IMG/VR virus record: IMGVR_UViG_3300022670_000276
Span: 1 to 42,829 of that record
DNA length: 42,829 nt
Strand: one strand, 5' to 3'
Source of the DNA: a virus
Taxonomy: Duplodnaviria; Caudoviricetes
Part shown: one piece after another, positions 1-7,490 of the stretch
Position numbering within the stretch: position 1 is the first letter of the stretch
How the letters are laid out: every line of letters begins with the position of its first letter
The notes under the pieces: model-generated
What the model was told of the DNA's origin: nothing
Database searches by the model: none
Seen by the model: only the letters and a program-made list of their open reading frames with translations
Position numbers and translations under genes: made by a program

Positions 1-144
1 ACCATCATTCCACTCTTTGAAGTGTCCAGCCCCCTGTAATGGCTTTAGAACTCAGTTTCAGTATGGGCGATCATTGTACTGATTTAAGCAATAACCCAAT
101 CGAGATTCCCAAAGGTAGACGTATAAACTATTGCCGAGTGGCTG
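1..144. repeat. Direct terminal repeat, left copy (144 bp)
   Basis: 1-144 is identical to 42686-42829 (accatcattc...gagtggctg); circular-assembly overlap or a true terminal repeat. Confidence 0.97.
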
Positions 145-217
145 AGAGGTGATTAACTTGATGTGGATTATTAATTGGACTTTGATGGTTTGCGCTGGTT
201 ACTTTCGTAAGGGCAAT

Positions 218-344
218 AAAAAAGGCCAATTGTTAAGCCGATACACGGGGCAGATAAGATACATGTGAGAGTTTTATCCCGCATGCATCAACTTAACAAT
301 TAACCCTATATATCTTATCTATTTCAAATGGCCTCTCACAGCCA
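218..344 (-). ncRNA. C4/CI-like antisense-attenuator element: target hairpin plus long terminator-like hairpin carrying the complementary sites
   Basis: Minus strand: TGGC-TGTGAGAG-GCCA hairpin and AGATAAGATA upstream. Then a 24-bp stem with many G-U pairs (224-305), whose loop holds CTCTCACA and TATCTTATCT, followed by T6. Confidence 0.6.
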
Positions 345-351
345 CAAATCA

Positions 352-379
352 ATTCTATCACGCTAATTTAATTATTCAA
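352..379 (-). promoter_or_regulatory. Sigma70-type promoter driving the C4-like element
   Basis: TTGAAT-16 nt-TAGAAT with TG extended -10 motif. Confidence 0.55.
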
Positions 380-559
380 GTCCTTAGATACTCTTGCTGT
401 GATTTCACATTTTTGATCACGCGGCAAATCTCGTTCGCATAGCTCAATTGCTTTGTGATAGCGGTGTATATTCCCATAAGGAATAATCTTAATCATTAGC
501 GCAAGTAAAATCATCCCCATAAGTAAGCCCATACAAAAAACTGCAAATCCTTCTTTCAT
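368..559 (-). CDS. Small membrane-anchored hypothetical protein
   Basis: 63-aa ORF, N-terminal hydrophobic helix, AGGAG RBS. Confidence 0.7.
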   Translation of the reverse strand: MKEGFAVFCMGLLMGMILLALMIKIIPYGNIHRYHKAIELCERDLPRDQKCEITARVSKDLNN

Positions 560-600
560 ACTATTCTCCTATATCACGCCCATTGAGTTAATCAGGGGTG

Positions 601-873
601 TTATGATGATTTACTAGATGCAGCACTACCACCTAACCCGCCAATACCCATAAAGAACCCGAAATCATACCAACCACCATTGTTATAAATGGCATAGATG
701 GCAATATCATCGAAAAACAATGAACCAAGCCAAGAGAATGGCATCGTCAAGCCATGCCAGAGACCGTATAAAAAGCCAACTTTGGTTAATTGATCTGCCT
801 GTTCAAACGTGACGGTATCAGCGCATCCTGATAAAATCGTTAATACTAATATTGCAATAATTAATTTGCTCAT
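601..873 (-). CDS. Lipoprotein / membrane protein with GFLYGLWHG motif
   Basis: Signal peptide with LSGC lipobox and hydrophobic Gly-rich segments. Confidence 0.75.
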   Translation of the reverse strand: MSKLIIAILVLTILSGCADTVTFEQADQLTKVGFLYGLWHGLTMPFSWLGSLFFDDIAIYAIYNNGGWYDFGFFMGIGGLGGSAASSKSS

Positions 874-890
874 CTTGCTTCTCCGGTTGA

Positions 891-1055
891 TTAAAATTCT
901 AACATCGTACTGTGCTTTAACTCTATAAGCCTTGAAAGGCTTACAGACCTGTAACTGAAAGGTTTGTTATACGTGACCTGTAAGGCGCGATCATCTATAC
1001 CGATGGAAATTACATACGTTTGCCACATTTGGATAAACTCGCTAAACATCTCCAT
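891..1055 (-). CDS. Small hypothetical protein (54 aa), below the ORF-track cutoff
   Basis: ATG GAG ATG TTT...GAA TTT TAA; overlaps the end of the upstream gene and fills the gap in the operon. Confidence 0.5.
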   Translation of the reverse strand: MEMFSEFIQMWQTYVISIGIDDRALQVTYNKPFSYRSVSLSRLIELKHSTMLEF

Positions 1056-1272
1056 TCACCTTTTTGGTCACTTTGTAATCTACCGTCCTTACAATCTCTC
1101 TGTAATACCCGTCAATAAATTCCCAAGCGCAGCCAGATCTGATTTGTGCAAAACTTGGATTAATGTAATTTTCCGAGCTTAACTTTCGGCCATATTCTTT
1201 ATTGTTAATGGTTTTAACTTCATATCCCATCGCGTCAATAAAAGCTATTAGTAGTTTCATTTCATTAGTCAT
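1042..1272 (-). CDS. Hypothetical protein
   Basis: 76-aa ORF, ATGA-coupled to the upstream frame. Confidence 0.65.
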   Translation of the reverse strand: MTNEMKLLIAFIDAMGYEVKTINNKEYGRKLSSENYINPSFAQIRSGCAWEFIDGYYREIVRTVDYKVTKKVNGDV

Positions 1273-1490
1273 TTCACATTTTCCGGTTTAAGAGTGCCCT
1301 TACGCAATGCCTGTACTGTGCCAAAACCAATACCACCGTCTGGGAACCTGACTTTAACTGATTTATTATCGCTATATCCGATGACCTCTACGGTCTCATC
1401 AGGTTAGATGTGGTTGTTAGGGAATTTATCACCTTCTTTGATAGTCGGTATGCATTGTCTGCTATTGCGTTTGATAAATGTTCTACTCAT
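1269..1490 (-). pseudogene. 73-codon frame with one internal TAA; resembles the N-terminal beta domain of phage homing endonucleases
   Basis: MSRTFIKRNSRQCIPTIKEGDKFPNNHI*PDETVEVIGYSDNKSVKVRFPDGGIGFGTVQALRKGTLKPENVK; TAA at 1404-1406; both ends abut the neighbouring genes. Confidence 0.6.
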
Positions 1491-1491
1491 G

Positions 1492-1695
1492 TCATTCTTC
1501 ACCCAACGCAATAAATTCACTTACTTTCATGTCGAAAAATAAGGCGCATTTAACAATAAAATCAATGCCAGCTTGCTTATGCCCATTAGATATAGCAGAG
1601 ACATAAGGACCAGTTACGTTGATACCTTTTGCTAACTCTTTGGATTTCTTATTAGTTTTCACCAGAGCATATTTAACAGATAAAGATATATCCAT
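1492..1695 (-). CDS. XRE/Cro-like helix-turn-helix regulator
   Basis: SKELAKGINVTGPYVSAISNG HTH pattern; first gene of the leftward arm. Confidence 0.85.
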   Translation of the reverse strand: MDISLSVKYALVKTNKKSKELAKGINVTGPYVSAISNGHKQAGIDFIVKCALFFDMKVSEFIALGEE

Positions 1696-1731
1696 AATTA
1701 CTATCCCACTACAATAAATTTATAATAAAAC

Positions 1732-1760
1732 AGTTTAATCCATGATAAATTATATGTCAA
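1732..1760 (-). promoter_or_regulatory. Leftward sigma70 promoter
   Basis: TTGACA-17 nt-TAAACT. Confidence 0.75.
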
Positions 1761-1767
1761 AGGTTCA

Positions 1768-1780
1768 TTTGTTATACAAA
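1768..1780. promoter_or_regulatory. Candidate operator between the divergent promoters
   Basis: Inverted repeat TTTGT-TAT-ACAAA between the two -35 boxes. Confidence 0.35.
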
Positions 1781-1784
1781 CCTC

Positions 1785-1813
1785 TTGCTAAAAGTCAGTT
1801 TGTGATTTACTGT
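1785..1813 (+). promoter_or_regulatory. Rightward sigma70 promoter
   Basis: TTGCTA-17 nt-TACTGT. Confidence 0.65.
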
Positions 1814-1850
1814 TTAATCATTAAAACGAAACATTGATAGAAATTAAGGA

Positions 1851-2036
1851 ATGGACATGAAAGCAGATAAAGTAACTGTAACGATCAAAATGGAATCACT
1901 AAGTATTGATGTACTGAGAGGGATGCTTGAACAAGTGATTAACAATGTAGATAACGAAGTCGAATCAGGCAATCTTGCCATGCAGGATGGCGATGTCATC
2001 ACATGGGACACAAAAAGAACGCCTGTTGAATTTTAA
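1851..2036 (+). CDS. Hypothetical protein
   Basis: 61-aa ORF; the TAAGGA RBS fits the second ATG at 1857 better. Confidence 0.7.
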   Translation: MDMKADKVTVTIKMESLSIDVLRGMLEQVINNVDNEVESGNLAMQDGDVITWDTKRTPVEF

Positions 2037-2067
2037 TTAACGCACCTTCTGGCGCAAGGGAAATAAA

Positions 2068-2514
2068 ATGATTATCGACGACAGCAAGCTACATCAGGTA
2101 GGTACTTTATGGAGGGTAGATACACATCCTATCCTATCAAGCTCAAAACCTGGAGAGAAGTGGTCAGTAGAAATGGAATGTGGATTATTTTTAAACCCAG
2201 TTTGTATTACCGAAAAACAAGAGATCATCGACAAGGAAACAAAAGCAGAAACATTTGAAGTTGAATTGTTTATTCATGCCCCTAGCTGTGTCGGTGAGTT
2301 TATAATTTGCACGGCAGATATGTCAGCACATGGATATATCTTTCTAGGGTCCGAAATTGTAACCCTAAACGTGCCAACTAAAGACCCCGTTGAAGCTGAA
2401 GTTGAAATGCTCGATAAAAAAGAAGCTTCGCTCATCGAAGAACATCTGGCCAAACTTAACGCTATTCAGCAGCGCAAAAAAGATTTGCTTTGTCTGGAGG
2501 TGAAAAGTGACTAA
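2068..2514 (+). CDS. Hypothetical protein
   Basis: 148-aa ORF, C-terminal coiled coil, overlaps the next gene. Confidence 0.75.
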   Translation: MIIDDSKLHQVGTLWRVDTHPILSSSKPGEKWSVEMECGLFLNPVCITEKQEIIDKETKAETFEVELFIHAPSCVGEFIICTADMSAHGYIFLGSEIVTLNVPTKDPVEAEVEMLDKKEASLIEEHLAKLNAIQQRKKDLLCLEVKSD

Positions 2515-3430
2515 AGATTATGATCGGGAATTAAAACAGCCATTTGAGGCTCATGAAATAGAATGGCGTATTAATCGGCATGGCATTAGTAATGATAAAC
2601 CATGGGCAGTAGCTATCCCTTATATCACCAGTAGAGCAGTGCAAGATCGACTTGATAAGGTCTTTGGCCTAGCAGGTTGGCAAAATGAAATTCAGATGAT
2701 CACTGCTAAGGGATTTATTTCTGGTATTAGCTTTAAAATTAATGATGAATGGATCACTAAATGGGATGGTGCCGAAGGTACTACTTCAAATGGGATGGAT
2801 TTAGTCAAAAGTGGTTCATCTAACGCATTAAAACGTGCCGCTGTACTACTGGGTATTGGTCGTTATCTTTACGATCTTGGTGAATTTTTTGTTGAATGTT
2901 TACTATCTGATGGATGGAAACATCCATATGGTAATGTGTATAAGGATAAAAAAAACAATAATGTCCTAGTGGCTTGGCGTGAACCCCCACTACCACCAAT
3001 GGCCCTGCCTGGCTTCGATATAGATCTTTATATTCAGGACATGAAAAGATCTGAGACAGATGATGAACTAGAAAAGGCATATTTACTTGCCAGGCAAGCA
3101 GCTAAGCTGCATGACAATCAAGATATGATAAAAACTGCTAATGCAGTTGGTGTCGAAAAACGAAATGAATTCAAAGATAAAGCAGCTTTACGAGTAGTTG
3201 AAGATACCCAATTAATTAGTGAGTGGTTAGACAAACAATCTGGAGCATTTCATATGGTGCCAAATGCTGCATCAGTCACAAGTCTTTACAATTCAGTATT
3301 AAAAGAATTAACCATAAGATTAAAAGGGACCGTGGTTGATGGAGAAAGGCTGAAACAAGAATTTTCAGATAAATATCAATTAAGAATAGACGAGTTAGAA
3401 CCCCAGGAGAATAAAGATGACAACAACTAA
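2507..3430 (+). CDS. Rad52/Rad22-family (Sak-like) single-strand annealing protein
   Basis: PFEAHEIEWR, YITSRAVQDRLDKVFG, WITKWDG and SNALKRAAVLLGIGRYLYDL motifs. Confidence 0.9.
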   Translation: MTKDYDRELKQPFEAHEIEWRINRHGISNDKPWAVAIPYITSRAVQDRLDKVFGLAGWQNEIQMITAKGFISGISFKINDEWITKWDGAEGTTSNGMDLVKSGSSNALKRAAVLLGIGRYLYDLGEFFVECLLSDGWKHPYGNVYKDKKNNNVLVAWREPPLPPMALPGFDIDLYIQDMKRSETDDELEKAYLLARQAAKLHDNQDMIKTANAVGVEKRNEFKDKAALRVVEDTQLISEWLDKQSGAFHMVPNAASVTSLYNSVLKELTIRLKGTVVDGERLKQEFSDKYQLRIDELEPQENKDDNN

Positions 3431-4592
3431 AAAGACAGAATTACTCAATGTTGAAGATTTAATTAAAGTTAAAAAATCTAGTGTTATTAGTACATTTAGT
3501 GACACTAAAAAAATTCAACCATTTATTGATCTCGTTCGCGATGAAGTAATAAGTGATGTTGTCGATTTATCTACCAAGAAAGGACGCGACAAAATAGCCA
3601 GTCGAGCTTATAAAGTATCGACTATTAAAAACGGTGTGATAAAAAAAATAGTTAATCCTTCAATGGAAGATTATAAACAGGCGATTAAAAGTGTTGGCCA
3701 AGGTAAGAGTTTTTTTGAAAATGAGATGGACAGTCTCAGGGATGAAATCAGAAAACCTCTGAACGATTGGGAAGCAGATGAAAAAGAAAAAGAAGAAAAG
3801 CGTATTGCAGATATTAAAGAACAAATAGCCGGTGTGATCGAGTTAGGTGCTTTAAGCGGTGAAGATGATAAGGATTATATTACATCAATGATTGAAGCCG
3901 TAGACAATATAGATTGCACTGATGGTTTTGATGAATTCACGCAAGAAGCATTACAAGCTAAATCAGCGGCAAAAGAGGCTCTAGCTCAAGGCTTAAACAA
4001 TATTATTCAAAAAGAATTAGAAGAAGATCAACGTTTAACATTAGCAGCACAACAAAAAAAGCTAGATGTTCAAGAAAGATTAAATAATTTATCCATGGTT
4101 CCTGTTGAATTAATTGGTAAACCATCAAGCGATATCAAAGACAAGATCGACAGCTTGGATAAATTTGAAGTTACTGAAAGTGATTTTGGTGACTTATATC
4201 AACAGGCAATTGATTCAGTAAAAAAGGTTATCGTTCAATTAAAGTCAATGTTTAATCAACAAATCTTGATTGAAGAACAAGCCAGGTTAATGAATATTCA
4301 GAACGAAGATATCCCAATCGATGAAGTAATAGATTTTACTGCGACTCACGGTATTGGCATAATCGACGGCAACGGCAAAACGTCAATGGCTGAAACCATG
4401 GCTAATGCAGCGCCAATATTATCAGGAATGGATATGGCATCTGGCCCTGATGAAACAGTAACTCTAGAAATGGTCACAATCACTCAGACTGAATTAAATC
4501 AACGACTACATAATTCTTATATTGATGGTTGGAATGATGGAGTTAAGGCCGGTCTTCCTTATGAAGAGTGTCAAGAATTAGTTGGCGAGTAA
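3417..4592 (+). CDS. Conserved phage coiled-coil protein of recombination modules
   Basis: DLSTKKGRDKIASRAYKVS...MDSLRDEIRKPLNDWE pattern, highly helical. Confidence 0.75.
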   Translation: MTTTKKTELLNVEDLIKVKKSSVISTFSDTKKIQPFIDLVRDEVISDVVDLSTKKGRDKIASRAYKVSTIKNGVIKKIVNPSMEDYKQAIKSVGQGKSFFENEMDSLRDEIRKPLNDWEADEKEKEEKRIADIKEQIAGVIELGALSGEDDKDYITSMIEAVDNIDCTDGFDEFTQEALQAKSAAKEALAQGLNNIIQKELEEDQRLTLAAQQKKLDVQERLNNLSMVPVELIGKPSSDIKDKIDSLDKFEVTESDFGDLYQQAIDSVKKVIVQLKSMFNQQILIEEQARLMNIQNEDIPIDEVIDFTATHGIGIIDGNGKTSMAETMANAAPILSGMDMASGPDETVTLEMVTITQTELNQRLHNSYIDGWNDGVKAGLPYEECQELVGE

Positions 4593-4644
4593 ATTAACTT
4601 GGCGGCATAACATCCGCCACCTTTAACCAAAGCAGAGGGTAATT

Positions 4645-4824
4645 ATGAAAAGTTCAGGAATATTCAGAGCAATAGCACTGGCGTTAGGAATAGCATCAGA
4701 ACCAGCACTAAAAATCAGAAACCAGCCGAAGACTCGCAATGGCGGAACATGTTCAGGTGCTGCCAGGCTAAAACGTGCCGCTACAAAACGCAACATGGCA
4801 AAGGCAAGAGCCAGCAAGCGTTAA
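4645..4824 (+). CDS. Small basic protein (59 aa), missed by the ORF track
   Basis: GAGGG RBS; MKSSGIFRAIALALG...GAARLKRAATKRNMAKARASKR; co-oriented with the operon. Confidence 0.7.
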   Translation: MKSSGIFRAIALALGIASEPALKIRNQPKTRNGGTCSGAARLKRAATKRNMAKARASKR

Positions 4825-4832
4825 CAAATTAT

Positions 4833-4929
4833 GGTGCTGTTAATAACTTTAACTTTTCTTTGAAACTGAGACACTGATCCACAAACCTATGTCCTAGCGG
4901 ATTTGTAAAATACGTTAACAGCGCCACCA
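4833..4929 (+). ncRNA. Candidate structured RNA closed by a 12-bp stem ending in ACCA
   Basis: GGTGCTGTTAAT pairs with GTTAACAGCGCC, followed by ACCA; no T-loop. Confidence 0.4.
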
Positions 4930-4952
4930 CTAACCAAAGTAGAGAGACAACA

Positions 4953-5492
4953 ATGAAAACACCAATATATATTCTACCTCACGGAATAGAAGTTATTGGT
5001 GAGTACGCCCCAAACGGTTCCAATAGGTATTGGCGGTTAAGAATAAAAGAGCATCATTTGTTCAGCGCTAAAGTTGTGTCTGGTGGTATGGGTGTTCGTA
5101 GAAGTAGAGTTGTTATGACTTCAGTTCTTGGTAGATCCTTGCTGGATAGTGAACACGTTCACCATAAAGATGAAGATGTTAATAATGACTCGCCTGATAA
5201 TTTAAAGATTATGAGCGCAGCAGAACATAATAAGTGCCATAAAATTGGTAAAAAGCACTCTGAAGAATCAAAGAAAATGATTAGTGATTCTTTGAAAATT
5301 GGTTACGCCAACGGCAATATTAAACATTCAGATAACAATGGAGAAAAAAATCCTTCAGCAAAACTAAATGTTAAACAAGTAAAAGATATCAGGGCTAGTA
5401 ATATTTCATCAAGAAAATTAGCTTCTTTTTATAATGTCAGCAAAACAACTATTTTATATATTAAATCTAGAAAGACTTGGAGCAAAATGTAA
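4953..5492 (+). CDS. HNH homing endonuclease (HNH_3 with NUMOD3-like and C-terminal HTH modules)
   Basis: EHVHHKDEDVNNDSPDNL...EHNKCH; GKKHSEESKKMIS; GEKNPSAKL...SSRKLASFYNVSKTTI. Confidence 0.88.
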   Translation: MKTPIYILPHGIEVIGEYAPNGSNRYWRLRIKEHHLFSAKVVSGGMGVRRSRVVMTSVLGRSLLDSEHVHHKDEDVNNDSPDNLKIMSAAEHNKCHKIGKKHSEESKKMISDSLKIGYANGNIKHSDNNGEKNPSAKLNVKQVKDIRASNISSRKLASFYNVSKTTILYIKSRKTWSKM

Positions 5493-6226
5493 TGAATGAA
5501 TTTATAATTTTCTACGATTGTGAAACGACCGGACTTCCCGTATGGAAAGAGCCATCAGGCAGTGATAAGCAGCCTCACTTGGTTCAGTTAGCCGCTATCC
5601 TGTGTAATGCCGATACTCACGAGATTATCGATATGATGGACGTTATTATCAGACCTGATGGTTGGGAAATTCCACAAGAAACCATCGACGTTCACGGGAT
5701 CACTAATGACATGGCATTAAAAGTCGGTGTATCTGAAAAACTGGTACTAGAAATGTTTTTAGAATTACGCGGCGATGCAGACAGAGTTTCCTATAACAAA
5801 ACATTTGACCAGCGGATAATTCGTATTGCAACAAAACGATATAGCACCGATGAAGTTATCGAAAAATGGGCTATCAAAGATGATTTTTATTGTGCCATGA
5901 TTTTAGCCAAACCAATCGTTAAATGTCCTGCCAAAACTAAAGGTAAATTTAAATATCCAAAGTTACAGGAAGCTTACGAGCATTTCTTTGGTGAAAAATT
6001 TGATGGTGCCCATAGTGCGATGGCTGACACTGAAGCTTGTATGAAAGTCTACTGGGCTTGCATCGGCGATGAAGACAGTGAAATTGTTTTGCTTCGTGCC
6101 AATATTGAAAAAGAGAAACGGGGTTTAATGTACGCAGATTCACCGCAGGCCCGTACAAACCAGCAACGTGATATCGATGCTATGGAAACTCAACTGAAAA
6201 AACTAGAGGAAGATAATCATGAGTAA
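5492..6226 (+). CDS. DEDDh 3'-5' exonuclease (DnaQ/epsilon-like)
   Basis: YDCETTGL, VHGIT, YNKTFD, AHSAMAD; start placed at the TAATG overlap with the HNH stop. Confidence 0.9.
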   Translation: MNEFIIFYDCETTGLPVWKEPSGSDKQPHLVQLAAILCNADTHEIIDMMDVIIRPDGWEIPQETIDVHGITNDMALKVGVSEKLVLEMFLELRGDADRVSYNKTFDQRIIRIATKRYSTDEVIEKWAIKDDFYCAMILAKPIVKCPAKTKGKFKYPKLQEAYEHFFGEKFDGAHSAMADTEACMKVYWACIGDEDSEIVLLRANIEKEKRGLMYADSPQARTNQQRDIDAMETQLKKLEEDNHE

Positions 6227-6530
6227 TACTAGACCAGAAAATCCATCAGAGTCAGCACAAGGCAGACAACCTAAATATTTAGATTTGTTAGAAATAAATG
6301 GTCAGATTAACGATATTTACCAACACATAAATGATTTAAATATGAAGTTAGGCGTAATAAATCGAAACGAATCGAAGATAGCACCATCACCAACGGCCCC
6401 GTTAAACATACCAAAGACTCCAGTACCTGAATCATTAGTCAGTGTATTAGATCAATTACCAGATATGGTTAGTGCAAAGGTTACTCAAATTCATAACTTG
6501 CTAGATTCTCTTGCAGAAAATCTAACTTAA
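6219..6530 (+). CDS. Hypothetical protein
   Basis: 103-aa ORF overlapping the exonuclease stop. Confidence 0.7.
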   Translation: MSNTRPENPSESAQGRQPKYLDLLEINGQINDIYQHINDLNMKLGVINRNESKIAPSPTAPLNIPKTPVPESLVSVLDQLPDMVSAKVTQIHNLLDSLAENLT

Positions 6531-6692
6531 CCATAACAAATTTATTAAATAAAGAACATTAGTCGCTTAGTAACCTATCAGAGGATAAGACAATGTAAAC
6601 GCAGGGGGAAAGCCTCTAGAAATAACCAAGGTAAGTAACCGTCAATGACCCTTAGGGGTAGATATATATTCGAGCCTTTATCTTTTCCCAAT

Positions 6693-6713
6693 GCCTCTTA
6701 ATTGAGGTTTTTT
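6693..6713 (+). terminator. Intrinsic terminator of the rightward early arm
   Basis: GCCTC-TTAATT-GAGGT followed by T5. Confidence 0.7.
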
Positions 6714-6797
6714 GGTGAAAAACTTTTCACTAGCCAGATATAGTGCTGTATAACTGTTTAAACGCAACGTCACTGATGACAAATCAAGGGTTATATT

Positions 6798-6986
6798 ATG
6801 AACAGGAACGCGAAATATGAGAAACGATTAATAGAGGAGGAAGGTTTAGAAAAAATAACTCTTTGGATACCTCAAGGGACTAAACCAGATTTCAAACAGA
6901 TGGCAGAATTCTGTGTTGAAAATCGTGATCACGTTCCGTATATGGTCAGAAATTTAGTTAACGGTCAAATGAGAAAGGCGGTTTAA
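6798..6986 (+). CDS. Small hypothetical protein, possibly DNA-binding
   Basis: 62 aa, GLEKITLWIP beta-strand then helix; coupled to the next gene. Confidence 0.7.
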   Translation: MNRNAKYEKRLIEEEGLEKITLWIPQGTKPDFKQMAEFCVENRDHVPYMVRNLVNGQMRKAV

Positions 6987-7462
6987 TGATGAACAAACAA
7001 CAATTAGTCGAACTGGTAATTACACCGTTTCTTAAACTGATGCATAACGGTATATCAGGTGAATTGGCAATAACAATGATCATTGCCCATGAGTCACGCC
7101 GTGGTCATTTCTTAAAGCAAGTCGGTGGCCCTGCGCTTGGTTTAATTCAGATGGAACCTACAACACACAACAGTACTTGGCGATACGGTGATTCTATCTG
7201 GCACAATGCATTGAAATTGGGAATCATTGATAAATTTACATACAACAATAAACTAATGCCATCGGCGCAACGTTTAATCTATGACCTGCAATACAACGTA
7301 TTCATGGCCAGACAGCGCCTATTCATGAAACGTGGGGCTTTACCGACTAACATTGATGACTTGTCCAGATATCTAAAAAAGCACTGGAATTCGATTCACG
7401 GGGCCGCTGCTGATATGAGTTATCGTGATGACTATGTGAAATGGGATAAGACTAAGTCATAA
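6986..7462 (+). CDS. Lysozyme/transglycosylase-fold protein, probable endolysin
   Basis: MIIAHES (catalytic Glu) and GPALGLIQMEP motifs. Confidence 0.75.
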   Translation: MMNKQQLVELVITPFLKLMHNGISGELAITMIIAHESRRGHFLKQVGGPALGLIQMEPTTHNSTWRYGDSIWHNALKLGIIDKFTYNNKLMPSAQRLIYDLQYNVFMARQRLFMKRGALPTNIDDLSRYLKKHWNSIHGAAADMSYRDDYVKWDKTKS

Positions 7463-7488
7463 GAAATAGCCCCTTTCGGGGCTTTCTG
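7463..7488. terminator. Bidirectional terminator between the convergent arms
   Basis: AGCCCC-TTTC-GGGGCT with A-rich and T-rich flanks. Confidence 0.8.
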
Positions 7489-7490
7489 TA

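Noticed and set aside
1378-1403. Hammerhead-like core on the minus strand (CTGATGAG-ACC-GTAGA-GGTC)
   Set aside because: The required GAAA after stem II is absent (ATCG instead), and the segment reads as sensible protein (PDETVEVIG).
4623-4817. Minus-strand 64-aa ORF from the track
   Set aside because: It is antisense to a better-supported plus-strand 59-aa ORF (4645-4824) with an RBS and operon orientation.
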